From the NCBI GenBank assembly GCA_964523375.1, contig CAZFYG010000003.1, positions 35,471 through 99,470 of the forward strand: a DNA stretch of 64,000 bases, read 5' to 3'. The notes under the pieces were generated by a model, which ran no database searches, was not told the origin of the DNA, and saw only the letters and a program-made list of their open reading frames with translations. Position numbers and translations under genes: made by a program. This document shows, piece after piece, positions 20,654 through 30,770 of the stretch. Origin of the DNA: an uncultured Gammaproteobacteria bacterium (GTDB lineage: Bacteria > Pseudomonadota > Gammaproteobacteria > Magnimaribacterales > D2472). Position 1 is the first letter of the stretch. Every line of letters begins with the position of its first letter.

Positions 20654-22224
20654 AACTGGTTCATAGTATTATCTTCACCAGATGCTTTTAACGCAGCATC
20701 GCCTGCAAAATACTCCTTATGATCATCACCCATGTCTGATCCAGCCATGTTTTGGTGTTTCACACACGCAATACCTTCTCTTATTTCCTTTCTTTGGACG
20801 CCTTTTACATAGCCAAGCATACCCTCATCACCAAAATACCTTTTAGCTAAGTTATCTGTGGATAGGGCGGCTGTATGGTAGGTTGGCAATGTAATTAAAT
20901 GATGAAATATACCAGCTTCTCTGGCTGCATCGCTTTGGAAGGTTTTGATTTTTTCATCAGCTAAACTTGATAGATCTGAATTATCATACTTTTCATTCAT
21001 TAGATCACCTCTATCGTAGGCACTAACATCATTACCCTGTTTTTCCATCAAATCAAAGACTTGTTGTCTAAAGTTTAAAGTCCAATTGAAAGATGGGCTG
21101 TTATTATAAACAAGCTTGGCATTAGGAATAACTTTCTTTATTTCACTCATCATCGCGCCAATTTGCCCAATATGTGGTTTTTCGGTTTCAATCCATATTA
21201 AATCAGCTCCATTTTGTAAACTTGTTATGCTATCAAGAATGCATCGAGCCTCTCCTGTTCCTTCCTTGAATTTATACAAATTACTTGGAAGTCTTTTTGG
21301 TCTAACAAGCTTCCCATCCTGATTAATCAAGACATCACCATGGTTCATTTCATCAGCAGTTACTTCTTCAACATCTAAAAATGAGTTGTATTGATCTCCC
21401 AAATCACCTTTTTCTTTAGTAACAGCAATCTGTTTAGTAAGACCAGCACCAAGTGAATCTGTTCTTGCAACAATAACCCCATCATCAACACCTAACTCTA
21501 GGAATGCATATCTTACAGCGTTGATTTTAGCCAAGAAATCAGCATGGGGAACAGTCACTTTTCCATCTTGATGCCCACATTGTTTTTCATCAGAAACTTG
21601 ATTTTCAATCTGTATACAACAAGCTCCTGCTTCAATCATTTGTTTGGCCATTAAGTAAGTAGCTTCCTCATTACCAAATCCCGCATCGATATCTGCAATG
21701 ATTGGAACAATATGGGTTTGAAAATTATCTATTTTAGATTGAATTTTTGGTTTATTTAAATCATCTGCTTTATCCAGCTCTCTAAATAACCCACCTAATT
21801 CTCTAGCATCTGCCTGCCTTAGGAAGGTATATAGCTCTGAAATTAACGAAGCAACAGATGTTTTTTCATGCATTGATTGATCGGGTAATGGACCAAATTC
21901 TGATCTTAGAGCAGCAACCATCCATCCAGATAAATAAAGATATTTCTTATCAGTTGTTTGAAAATGTTTTTTTATCGAAATAAGCTTTTGCTGTCCAATA
22001 AATCCATGCCAGCAACCAAGTGATTGAGTATATTTACTTGTATCACCATCATAATCATCCATGTCTCTTCTCATTATAGAGGCTGTATATTTAGCAATAT
22101 CTATTCCTGACTGGAATTGATTTTGAACACGCATTCTTTTTACATACTCTGGATTTATAGAGCTCCAATTTGAAGAGTTCATTCTATGTATATTACTAAT
22201 ATTATTAATATCTGTTTCGCTCAT
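20650..22224 (-). CDS. aceA: Isocitrate lyase, long Pseudomonas-like type
   Basis: YLYLSGWMVAA, IIADIDAGFG, active-site KQCGHQDGK, WIETEKP, YNNSPSFNW. Confidence 0.96.
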   Translation of the reverse strand: MSETDINNISNIHRMNSSNWSSINPEYVKRMRVQNQFQSGIDIAKYTASIMRRDMDDYDGDTSKYTQSLGCWHGFIGQQKLISIKKHFQTTDKKYLYLSGWMVAALRSEFGPLPDQSMHEKTSVASLISELYTFLRQADARELGGLFRELDKADDLNKPKIQSKIDNFQTHIVPIIADIDAGFGNEEATYLMAKQMIEAGACCIQIENQVSDEKQCGHQDGKVTVPHADFLAKINAVRYAFLELGVDDGVIVARTDSLGAGLTKQIAVTKEKGDLGDQYNSFLDVEEVTADEMNHGDVLINQDGKLVRPKRLPSNLYKFKEGTGEARCILDSITSLQNGADLIWIETEKPHIGQIGAMMSEIKKVIPNAKLVYNNSPSFNWTLNFRQQVFDLMEKQGNDVSAYDRGDLMNEKYDNSDLSSLADEKIKTFQSDAAREAGIFHHLITLPTYHTAALSTDNLAKRYFGDEGMLGYVKGVQRKEIREGIACVKHQNMAGSDMGDDHKEYFAGDAALKASGEDNTMNQF

Positions 22225-22330
22225 GATTGTGACCTATAATTAATTTATGTAGTCTAGTTAATAATATTTGTTTTATTCAGTCAACGACTATATTTAAAGC
22301 TTTAGGTAAAGCATATTTGGAATTATTTTA

Positions 22331-22345
22331 TGTAGTTATACTACA
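22331..22345. promoter_or_regulatory. HexR/RccR-type box upstream of aceA
   Basis: TGTAG-TTATA-CTACA inside a perfect 9-3-9 inverted repeat TTATGTAGT-TAT-ACTACATAA (22328-22348). Confidence 0.7.
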
Positions 22346-22352
22346 TAATTTA

Positions 22353-23714
22353 CTATTTTATAGTATTTGCTAGCTCGACAGCTGATCCAATATATGAAGC
22401 AGGTGTAAGTGCTAGAAGTGTTTCTTTTGAATTTTTTGAGATATTTAAATTTTTAACAAAATTTATATAACTATCCTTGTCTAACTTAGATCCTCTTGAA
22501 AGCTCTTTAAGTTGTTCGTAAGCATTTGGTATACCTTCAAACCTCATTATGGTTTGGATTGGTTCGGCTAGTACTTCCCAATTATCGTCAAGTTCATTAG
22601 ATATAAATTTTTTATTAGGTTCTATTTTACCTAAACCTTTTGAAAGTGACTTAATTGCAATAATTGAATAGCCAAATCCAAGGCCAACATTTCTTAAAAC
22701 TGTTGAATCAGACAAGTCTCTTTGGTGACGTGATTTGGTTAATTTATTGGCAAAATAATCAAATAAAGCATTCGATAAACCTAGATTGCCTTCGCTATTT
22801 TCAAAATCAATAGGATTAACCTTATGCGGCATTGTTGAAGACCCAACTTCATTTTTTAAAAGCTTTAATTTAAAAATTTCGTTTGATATATATATCCATG
22901 AATCTTGGCTTAGATCCATTAGTATGTTGTTAATTCTTACTATACAGTGAGATGTTTCTGCTATCCAATCATGTGGTTCTATTTGTGTAGTATGCGTGTT
23001 CTGATTTACTTTAAATTGTTTAATAAATTTTGCAGTAAACGATTGCCAGTTATAGCTTGAGTCCAGAATTTTAAAAGTATGATAATTGCCGGTAGCGCCA
23101 CTAAACTTAGCAAGTGGGGATATATTTTTTAATACCTTGATTTGGTCATATAGCCTCAAATTAAATACGGACATTTCTTTTCCTAAAGTAGAAGGAGAGG
23201 CTGGCTGTCCATGAGTTCTTGCAAGAAATACTTCTTTAGACCATTTTTTTGATTTAGATTTAATATCATTTTTTAAAATATTTAATTCTTCTAAATATAA
23301 AGTGATTCCATTCTTAATCATTACGGCGTAAGACAATGAATTAATATCTTCGCTTGTTAGCCCAAAATGGATAAGGTGAACATAATTTTTTAATACGCTA
23401 TCTTTTTCAAATTGCTCTCTAATAAAGTATTCAATCGCTTTGACATCATGGTTGGTCACTGACTCGATTTCTTTAATTCTAGCTACACTTGTTTCATCAA
23501 ATGAGTCCTTGAGTTTAAGTAATTTATTAATTGTTGTTTTGCTAATGGATTTAAATAGTTTTGGCTTGTTAACACAAATGAAAATTAACCACTGTATTTC
23601 TATGGTATATCTAATTTTTACTAAAGAACCTTCTGAAAAATTTGCGCGCGTTGGTTCAATTTTGCCTGAATATCTATTATCTAAAGGAGATATATTATTA
23701 AAGTTTTTATTCAT
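22353..23714 (-). CDS. purB: Adenylosuccinate lyase
   Basis: ISPLDNRY, TNHDVKAIEY, RTHGQPASP, GSSTMPHKVNPIDFEN. Confidence 0.98.
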   Translation of the reverse strand: MNKNFNNISPLDNRYSGKIEPTRANFSEGSLVKIRYTIEIQWLIFICVNKPKLFKSISKTTINKLLKLKDSFDETSVARIKEIESVTNHDVKAIEYFIREQFEKDSVLKNYVHLIHFGLTSEDINSLSYAVMIKNGITLYLEELNILKNDIKSKSKKWSKEVFLARTHGQPASPSTLGKEMSVFNLRLYDQIKVLKNISPLAKFSGATGNYHTFKILDSSYNWQSFTAKFIKQFKVNQNTHTTQIEPHDWIAETSHCIVRINNILMDLSQDSWIYISNEIFKLKLLKNEVGSSTMPHKVNPIDFENSEGNLGLSNALFDYFANKLTKSRHQRDLSDSTVLRNVGLGFGYSIIAIKSLSKGLGKIEPNKKFISNELDDNWEVLAEPIQTIMRFEGIPNAYEQLKELSRGSKLDKDSYINFVKNLNISKNSKETLLALTPASYIGSAVELANTIK

Positions 23715-23740
23715 AATTTATTTTATATTATTTTATAGTT

Positions 23741-24838
23741 CTATTTAGTACTACTGAAAGATTTGGAGATAATACCACCACCTATGCATATGTTATCTTT
23801 ATATATTACTGCCGATTGTCCAGGTGCAGCAGCTCTAACTGGCTTCTTAAAGTTAATGAAGTAATTAGAATTATCATAGTTTAATTGTGCAGCAATCGGT
23901 TTCTGCAGGTGCCTTACTTGAACATAGCAATCAAATGGTAATTTTAGCTCATCCTTATTAATTTTATGTAGTGAATCAATCGTCACTCTAGAGCTCATCA
24001 AAAGCTCATGATCAACACCCTGGCAAACATAAATAGTATTATTCGGTATATCCTTTTTATAAACATACCAAGGGAGTTCAGGTCTTCCCTTAACCCCACC
24101 AATTTTTAGACCCTGCCTTTGACCTTCTGTATATAGCAATGCGCCATTATGTTGACCAATCACATTATTATCATTATCTTTGATAATGCCAGATTTAAAG
24201 TTTATAAACCGACCCAAAAAATCTTTAAGATTTCTTTCTCCAACAAAACATATTCCTACAGAATCTTTTTTTTCTGCATTTACTAAACCCAAGCTCATTG
24301 CTAATTTCCTAACATCATCTTTTTTCATATTTCCTAATGGAAAAATAGTTTTAGAAAATTCTTCAGAGCTTACCTCATGAAGAAAATACGTTTGGTCTTT
24401 TGTATTATCAATAGCTCTGGTGAGATAGGTCGTACCATTTTTGCTTATAGTATCTGCATAATGCCCGGTAGCAATAAGATCAGCTCCAATCTTTAATGCG
24501 TAATCTAAAAAAGATTTAAATTTAATTTCTCTATTGCAAAGAATATCTGGATTTGGTGTTCTGCCTTTTTCATGCTCGCTTAAAAAATCTTTAAATACTC
24601 TATCCCAATATTCATCAGAAAAATTTGCTCTATGAAGAGGTATATCCAATTTATCACATACTGATGAGGCATCTTTAAAATCCTGTTCAGAGGTGCAAAT
24701 TTCACCCGGTTCATTTTGCCAGTTTTGCATAAAAAGGCCTTTAACATCATACCCTTGCTTTTTTAATAAGTAAGCGGCAACCGAGGAATCAACGCCACCA
24801 GACATCCCAACTACAACTGTTTTTTTTATCTCTGCCAT
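23741..24838 (-). CDS. mnmA: tRNA-specific 2-thiouridylase
   Basis: GMSGGVDSS, NPDILCNREIKF, ATGHY, KDQTYFL, DSVGICF. Confidence 0.97.
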   Translation of the reverse strand: MAEIKKTVVVGMSGGVDSSVAAYLLKKQGYDVKGLFMQNWQNEPGEICTSEQDFKDASSVCDKLDIPLHRANFSDEYWDRVFKDFLSEHEKGRTPNPDILCNREIKFKSFLDYALKIGADLIATGHYADTISKNGTTYLTRAIDNTKDQTYFLHEVSSEEFSKTIFPLGNMKKDDVRKLAMSLGLVNAEKKDSVGICFVGERNLKDFLGRFINFKSGIIKDNDNNVIGQHNGALLYTEGQRQGLKIGGVKGRPELPWYVYKKDIPNNTIYVCQGVDHELLMSSRVTIDSLHKINKDELKLPFDCYVQVRHLQKPIAAQLNYDNSNYFINFKKPVRAAAPGQSAVIYKDNICIGGGIISKSFSSTK

Positions 24839-24928
24839 TATCGCGCTTAATTCGTTTTATATTAAAAAATTTAGGAGTATAATTATCACCGATTTTGATT
24901 AAGAAATCTTATATTACGGGGTAAAAAA

Positions 24929-26182
24929 ATGTCTTACGAAAAAATTCAAATTCCAGAAAGTGGTGAAAAAATTTCATATATTGATGGGAATCTTGTTGTC
25001 CCGAATAATCCAGTCATACCATACATAGAAGGAGATGGTATTGGATACGACATTACTCCTGCTATGATTAAAGCCGTAGATAGCGCAGTTAGAACAGCTT
25101 ATTTAGGTGAGAGAAAAATAGAATGGATGGAGGTTTTTTGTGGAGAAAAAGCAACTCAAGTGTATGGTGAGGATGTATGGTTGCCAGAAGAAACGTTAGA
25201 CGCACTTAGGGATTATGTTGTAAGTATTAAAGGACCTTTAACAACTCCAGTAGGCGGAGGCATAAGGTCATTAAATGTTTCTTTAAGACAAATTTTAGAC
25301 CTATATGTATGTCTTAGGCCTATCAGATATTTTGATGGTGTTCCATCCCCTGTAAAAGAGCCACAAAATGTAGATATGGTTATATTTAGAGAAAATTCAG
25401 AAGATATCTATTCAGGAATAGAATTCCAAGCAAATTCTGATGATGCTATTAAGCTTGCTGGTATATTAAAAAATGAATTCAACAGCGATAAAATAAGGTT
25501 TCCACAAAATGTTGGTCTTGGTATTAAACCAATATCTTTTGAGGGGACATCAAGATTAGTAAAGTCCGCAATAGATTACGCAATAGAGAACGATAGATCA
25601 TCTGTTACCTTGGTTCATAAAGGAAATATTATGAAATTCACAGAAGGTGCATTTAGGGACTGGGGTTATGAAATAGCTAACACTGAATATGGTGGTGTTG
25701 AATTAGACGGCGGCCCTTGGCAGGTTATTAAAAATCCAAAAACAGGTAACGAAATTATTATCAAAGATGTAATTTGTGATGCCTTCCTTCAACAGATATT
25801 ACTCAGACCAAAGGATTACGACGTCATTGCTACCATGAACCTAAATGGTGACTATATATCAGATGCACTTGCAGCATGTGTTGGCGGTATTGGAATTGCA
25901 CCTGGGGCCAATTTATCAGATAAATATGCAGTATTTGAGGCAACCCATGGAACTGCACCAAAATATGCAAAACAAGATAAAGTAAACCCTGGTTCATTAA
26001 TATTATCAGCTGAAATGATGTTAAGACATATGGGTTGGACTGAAGCTGCGGATTTAATAATAAAATCAATGGAAAGAGCAATTGGTGCAAAAAAAGTTAC
26101 CTATGATTTTGAAAGAATGATGGAAGGTGCTGATTTAGTATCCTGTTCTGGTTTCGCGGATGAAATGGTTAAAAGAATGTAA
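24929..26182 (+). CDS. icd: NADP-dependent isocitrate dehydrogenase, dimeric E. coli type
   Basis: [35 protein letters not shown] (NADP-type K/Y). Confidence 0.97.
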   Translation: MSYEKIQIPESGEKISYIDGNLVVPNNPVIPYIEGDGIGYDITPAMIKAVDSAVRTAYLGERKIEWMEVFCGEKATQVYGEDVWLPEETLDALRDYVVSIKGPLTTPVGGGIRSLNVSLRQILDLYVCLRPIRYFDGVPSPVKEPQNVDMVIFRENSEDIYSGIEFQANSDDAIKLAGILKNEFNSDKIRFPQNVGLGIKPISFEGTSRLVKSAIDYAIENDRSSVTLVHKGNIMKFTEGAFRDWGYEIANTEYGGVELDGGPWQVIKNPKTGNEIIIKDVICDAFLQQILLRPKDYDVIATMNLNGDYISDALAACVGGIGIAPGANLSDKYAVFEATHGTAPKYAKQDKVNPGSLILSAEMMLRHMGWTEAADLIIKSMERAIGAKKVTYDFERMMEGADLVSCSGFADEMVKRM

Positions 26183-26517
26183 TGAATAGACTTTCAGCAG
26201 AAGTACCAGATTCAAATGATATTGGTACTTCTGTACTTGAAAAAGATCCTGAACTGAAAGAGCCACCTCTATATCAAGTTATTCTAATAAACGATGATTA
26301 CACTCCTATGGAGTTTGTTGTTTATGTTCTTCAGTCAGTATTTAATCATAACCATGATAAAGCTACAGAAATAATGATGTCGGTCCATACAAAAGGGAAG
26401 GGTGTTTGTGGTATATTTTCTAAAGAGATTGCGGAGATGATGTCCCATGAAGTTAATGAACTCTCTAAAAATCATCATCATCCACTATTAAGTGAAATTG
26501 AACCTTTAACTGATTAA
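26182..26517 (+). CDS. clpS: Clp protease adaptor
   Basis: PPLYQVILINDDYTPMEFVV, HTKGKGVCG. Confidence 0.97.
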   Translation: MNRLSAEVPDSNDIGTSVLEKDPELKEPPLYQVILINDDYTPMEFVVYVLQSVFNHNHDKATEIMMSVHTKGKGVCGIFSKEIAEMMSHEVNELSKNHHHPLLSEIEPLTD

Positions 26518-26518
26518 T

Positions 26519-28759
26519 ATGTTTAGCAAAGACCTAGAAATATCCATAGCATCGCTTTTTGATAAAGCTCAAGATTCTAATATTCAATATATAACAGTAG
26601 AGCATCTATTTTTAATGATTCTAAGTGATAGTGATGTAGTTTCTTGTCTAGACTCTCATAATATTAAAATTGATCAACTTAAAGATTCTATTAACGACCA
26701 TCTTAAAAAAACTACTATTCTTAGATCTGATCTTAAAAAACAAGTTCAACCAACCCTAGGCTTTCAAAGAGTTCTGCAACGATCTGTTTTTCACATTCAA
26801 TCCCAGGGCAAAGGTGTTGTTAAACCAATTAATGTTTTAGTGGCTATTTTCTCTGAAAAAGAATGCCATAGCGTATTTCTTCTAAATAAAAATGGTTTAT
26901 CTAGACTGGATGTTGTCTCTTATTTATCACATGGTCCAAAAGAAAAAAAAGAGACTGATGAAATTGATAGCATCGATTCAACAGAAAACACAAAGGAATC
27001 AAAACCTGAGTCGGATTACTTAATTAATTTAAATAATTTAGCAAAAGAAAATAAAATTGATTCATTAATTGGTAGAAAGTTAGAAGTTGAAAGAATGATA
27101 CAAATCCTATCTAGGAGAACTAAAAATAACCCATTGCTTGTTGGTGAGTCTGGTGTTGGTAAAACAGCAATAGCAGAAGGGATAGCCTGTTTGATTAATG
27201 AAGGTAAAGTTCCGGAGATAATAAAAGATACCACTGTTTATTCTTTAGATATCGCTGCTTTGATTGCCGGCACTAAATATAGAGGCGACTTTGAAAAAAG
27301 GTTAAAGTCTGTAATTTCATTCTTAAAAAAGCAAAATAAACCTATATTATTTATAGACGAAATTCACACAATAATAGGTGCTGGTTCTGCTTCTGGCGGC
27401 TCAATGGATGTCTCAAACCTTCTTAAGCCTTCGCTTGCTCGAGGTGAGATAAGGTGTATAGGCTCTACTACATTTCAAGAGTACAGAGGAATTTTTAATC
27501 AAAACCAAGCTCTGTCAAGAAGGTTTCAAAAAATTGATGTCAATGAGCCAAATTTTGATGAGTGTATAGAAATCATAACAGGCCTCAAATCTATATATGA
27601 GTCATATCATAATGTTGAATTTACAAATGAATCAGTTCAATCAGCAATAGAATTATCTTCAAAATATATGAATGATAGATTTCTTCCAGATAAGGCTATT
27701 GATGTTATAGATGAAACAGGCTCAATGTTAAATATCAAAAGGAAAAGTAATAAAAAAGTTAAAGTTCTAAAAAAACATATTGAAAAAACTATCTCTAAGA
27801 TAACTAAAATACCTGAGCAAAGCATAACTGCTGCAGATAAAAAGTCTTTAAAAGCATTAGAAGAAAATCTAAAAAGAGTTATATTTGGCCAGAATCATGC
27901 TGTAGAAACCCTTTCAAATGCCATTAAACTGTCTAGGGTAGGGCTCAGAGATGATAATAAAACCATAGGTTCATTTTTATTTACTGGACCTACTGGTGTT
28001 GGTAAAACTGAGATTACTAAACAGCTTTCAGAAATACTTGGTATAGATCTGATTAGATTTGATATGAGTGAATACATGGAAAGGCATACAGTATCAAGAT
28101 TGATAGGAGCTCCACCTGGTTATGTAGGTTTTGACCAGGGTGGACTTCTTACTGAAGCGGTAGTTAAATCGCCCAATGCAGTACTTTTGCTGGATGAGAT
28201 TGAAAAAGCTCACCCAGATATTTTTAATATTTTGCTACAAGTTATGGATGCAGGTGTTCTAACTGATAATAATGGAAGAAAGGCAGATTTTAGAAATATT
28301 ATTGTAGTTATGACTACTAACATAGGCGCTGAGTTGCTAGCAAAACGAAATATAGGTTTCAACAAAACCACTAATGAAAGTGATGCAATGGGCTCATTGA
28401 ATAAACTATTTTCACCAGAATTTAGAAATAGACTAGATGAGATTATTCAGTTTGACTATCTAGATCCTAAGATAATTTTATCAATTGTTGATAAGTTTTT
28501 AATCAAATTGCAAGCTCAACTAGACAAAAGAAATGTTGAGATAAATGTATCATCTAAGGTTATTAATTGGATAGCAGAGAATGGTTATGACAAAGAAATG
28601 GGTGCGAGGCCTATGGAAAGGTTTATATCAAAAAATATCAAAAAACCGCTTGTAGATAAGCTCTTATTTGGATCATTAAAGTCTGGCGGTGTAATAAAGT
28701 TAGATATAGAAAAGGGTAATTTAGTTTTTAAAGAAGTAAAAAAAGCAGTTAAAGTTTAA
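26519..28759 (+). CDS. clpA: ATP-dependent Clp protease ATP-binding subunit
   Basis: Two AAA+ modules (GESGVGKT, GPTGVGKT), QPTLGFQRVLQR, follows clpS. Confidence 0.97.
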   Translation: MFSKDLEISIASLFDKAQDSNIQYITVEHLFLMILSDSDVVSCLDSHNIKIDQLKDSINDHLKKTTILRSDLKKQVQPTLGFQRVLQRSVFHIQSQGKGVVKPINVLVAIFSEKECHSVFLLNKNGLSRLDVVSYLSHGPKEKKETDEIDSIDSTENTKESKPESDYLINLNNLAKENKIDSLIGRKLEVERMIQILSRRTKNNPLLVGESGVGKTAIAEGIACLINEGKVPEIIKDTTVYSLDIAALIAGTKYRGDFEKRLKSVISFLKKQNKPILFIDEIHTIIGAGSASGGSMDVSNLLKPSLARGEIRCIGSTTFQEYRGIFNQNQALSRRFQKIDVNEPNFDECIEIITGLKSIYESYHNVEFTNESVQSAIELSSKYMNDRFLPDKAIDVIDETGSMLNIKRKSNKKVKVLKKHIEKTISKITKIPEQSITAADKKSLKALEENLKRVIFGQNHAVETLSNAIKLSRVGLRDDNKTIGSFLFTGPTGVGKTEITKQLSEILGIDLIRFDMSEYMERHTVSRLIGAPPGYVGFDQGGLLTEAVVKSPNAVLLLDEIEKAHPDIFNILLQVMDAGVLTDNNGRKADFRNIIVVMTTNIGAELLAKRNIGFNKTTNESDAMGSLNKLFSPEFRNRLDEIIQFDYLDPKIILSIVDKFLIKLQAQLDKRNVEINVSSKVINWIAENGYDKEMGARPMERFISKNIKKPLVDKLLFGSLKSGGVIKLDIEKGNLVFKEVKKAVKV

Positions 28760-28760
28760 G

Positions 28761-28979
28761 TTATCTACCTCTAAATGTAATTCGACCTTTGGTTAAATCA
28801 TAAGGACTCATCTCAACTTTAACCTTGTCACCAGTTAGAATTCTAATATAGTGTTTTCTCATCTTTCCAGATATATGAGCTTCAATCACGTGATCATTTT
28901 CAAGTTTTACTTTAAATGTGGTGTTTGGCAAAGTTTCTATTACTTCACCTTCGAATTCTAAGTTATCTTCTTTTGACAT
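28761..28979 (-). CDS. infA: Translation initiation factor IF-1
   Basis: [31 protein letters not shown]. Confidence 0.98.
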   Translation of the reverse strand: MSKEDNLEFEGEVIETLPNTTFKVKLENDHVIEAHISGKMRKHYIRILTGDKVKVEMSPYDLTKGRITFRGR

Positions 28980-29059
28980 TCGATCATTTTAAACTAAATT
29001 ATCTTTAATAGGTGATTCATAAAGATATATAATTAAATAAAAATTATAAAAGGAATCGT

Positions 29060-29515
29060 ATGATAATTAACCCAGGTGAGATTAATCTAGAAGAAGCTCT
29101 GTCAATATGTACAGAAGCTCTTAAAAAAGGTCGTGATTTGAATTTAATGCCACTAACAGTAACTGTTATCGATGTTGCGGGTGTTGTTAGAGCAACATTA
29201 TCAGAAGAAGGATCTGGTTTAATACGATCTGATATAGCTTATGCCAAAGCATGGACATGTTTAGCTTTTAACGTTTCATCCAACACATTGAGAGATGTTT
29301 TTGAAGGTCAACCACGATTAGCACCAGCAGTGACTGGAATGCAAACAATGGCTGGCGGTAAACTTGTACCAACACCAGGCGGAATGCTCATTCAAAAAGA
29401 TGGTAGGAATATTGGTGCTGTTGGTGTTACAGGAGATGTTTCAGACAAAGATGAAATCTGTGCAATTGCTGGTATTGAAGAGTCTAATCTAATACCAGGG
29501 CATAAATCTAAATAG
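29060..29515 (+). CDS. GlcG/HbpS family heme-binding protein
   Basis: VTVIDVAG, IAYAKAWT, GGMLI...IGAVGVTG...DEICAIAG. Confidence 0.85.
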   Translation: MIINPGEINLEEALSICTEALKKGRDLNLMPLTVTVIDVAGVVRATLSEEGSGLIRSDIAYAKAWTCLAFNVSSNTLRDVFEGQPRLAPAVTGMQTMAGGKLVPTPGGMLIQKDGRNIGAVGVTGDVSDKDEICAIAGIEESNLIPGHKSK

Positions 29516-29561
29516 AAGCATATAATAAAAATTAAAGAATACTTTATTATTAACCTTTATA

Positions 29562-29589
29562 ATTAAACATAATATATATTATGCGAAGT
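29562..29589 (-). other. dif site (XerC/XerD chromosome dimer resolution)
   Basis: Minus strand ACTTCGCATAA-TATATA-TTATGTTTAAT versus E. coli GGTGCGCATAA-TGTATA-TTATGTTAAAT; exact 11-6-11 layout, intergenic. Confidence 0.88.
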
Positions 29590-29666
29590 TATATATATTA
29601 TTATGTGTCCCCCTCTTAATATTTATATGTTATAAATTAAATATTAACTAGAAACAAATCATTAAT

Positions 29667-30692
29667 ATGAAATTTGATAGTATTTTAGAAACAGTTGGTA
29701 ATACGCCATGCGTTAAAATTAATAACTTAGCACCTGAGGGTGTTGAGCTGTATGTTAAAGCAGAATACTTTAACCCCGCTAGCTCTGTAAAAGATAGATT
29801 AGCTTTAAGTATAATTGAAGAAGCCGAAGCTGATGGCACCTTAAAGCCAGGACAAACTGTAGTTGAGGCAACTAGTGGTAATACAGGTATTGGGCTTGCA
29901 TTTATTTGTGCATCTAAGAACTACCCTTGTGTTATTACAATGCCAGAAAGCGCTTCAATAGAAAGAAGGAAAATGATGCGGTTTTTAGGGGCTAAAGTGC
30001 TACTAACCCCTGCAAGTGAAGCAGGATCTGGTGCGTATAATAAAGCAAAAAAACTTGCAGATGATAATGGTTGGTTTTATGCAAGACAATTTGAGAACGA
30101 AGCTAATTCAAATATTCATGAAAAAACAACTGGAAATGAAATAGTTAATGATTTTAAACATTCTGGTTTAGATTACTGGGTATCAGGTTATGGAACTGGT
30201 GGAACATTCTCTGGGGTTGCTCGAACTTTGAAAAAAGAAATGCCTGAAACAAAGCTAGTGATAGCTGAACCAGATGTTGCCCCGCTCCTCGCAAAAGGCA
30301 AGGCTCAAAAAAGAACTGTTGATGGGGCGCCAGCTGAAACTCATCCTGATTGGCAACCACACCCAATACAAGGCTGGACTACTGATTTTATACCTCTTGT
30401 GCTTCAGGAATCTATAGATCATAAATATATAGATGAAATTATTTCTGTATCAGGTTCAGATGGCATTAAATGGTCAAAAAAATTAGCTGCTCATGAAGGT
30501 ATTCTTACAGGCATATCGGGTGGATCAACTTTTGCTGTTGCCATGGAAGTAGCAAATAAAGCCCCAAAAGGCTCAAAAATACTTTGCATGCTTGCTGATA
30601 CTGCAGAAAGATATCTATCCAGTCTTTTATTTGAAGATATTGAAGCTGAAATGAATGATAAAGAGTTAAATCTTTTTAACTCAACCTTATAA
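29667..30692 (+). CDS. cysK: Cysteine synthase A-like PLP enzyme
   Basis: VGNTP, NPASSVKDR (PLP Lys), TSGNTG, GYGTGGT. Confidence 0.85.
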   Translation: MKFDSILETVGNTPCVKINNLAPEGVELYVKAEYFNPASSVKDRLALSIIEEAEADGTLKPGQTVVEATSGNTGIGLAFICASKNYPCVITMPESASIERRKMMRFLGAKVLLTPASEAGSGAYNKAKKLADDNGWFYARQFENEANSNIHEKTTGNEIVNDFKHSGLDYWVSGYGTGGTFSGVARTLKKEMPETKLVIAEPDVAPLLAKGKAQKRTVDGAPAETHPDWQPHPIQGWTTDFIPLVLQESIDHKYIDEIISVSGSDGIKWSKKLAAHEGILTGISGGSTFAVAMEVANKAPKGSKILCMLADTAERYLSSLLFEDIEAEMNDKELNLFNSTL

Positions 30693-30770
30693 TAAGGTTT
30701 ATTCATATAAGCCTCTTTAGCTTGTAATTCTTTTTATATCAATTTAAGTAATATTAATTACAATAGTTAT

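Noticed and set aside
22328-22348. Hairpin as the purB terminator
   Set aside because: AT-rich stem, 3-nt loop and no U-tract on the minus strand; fits a protein-binding palindrome better.
29559-29592. Resemblance to loxP (TATGCGAAGTTAT versus TATACGAAGTTAT)
   Set aside because: Only one arm matches well; the sequence is fully explained as the XerC arm of the dif site.
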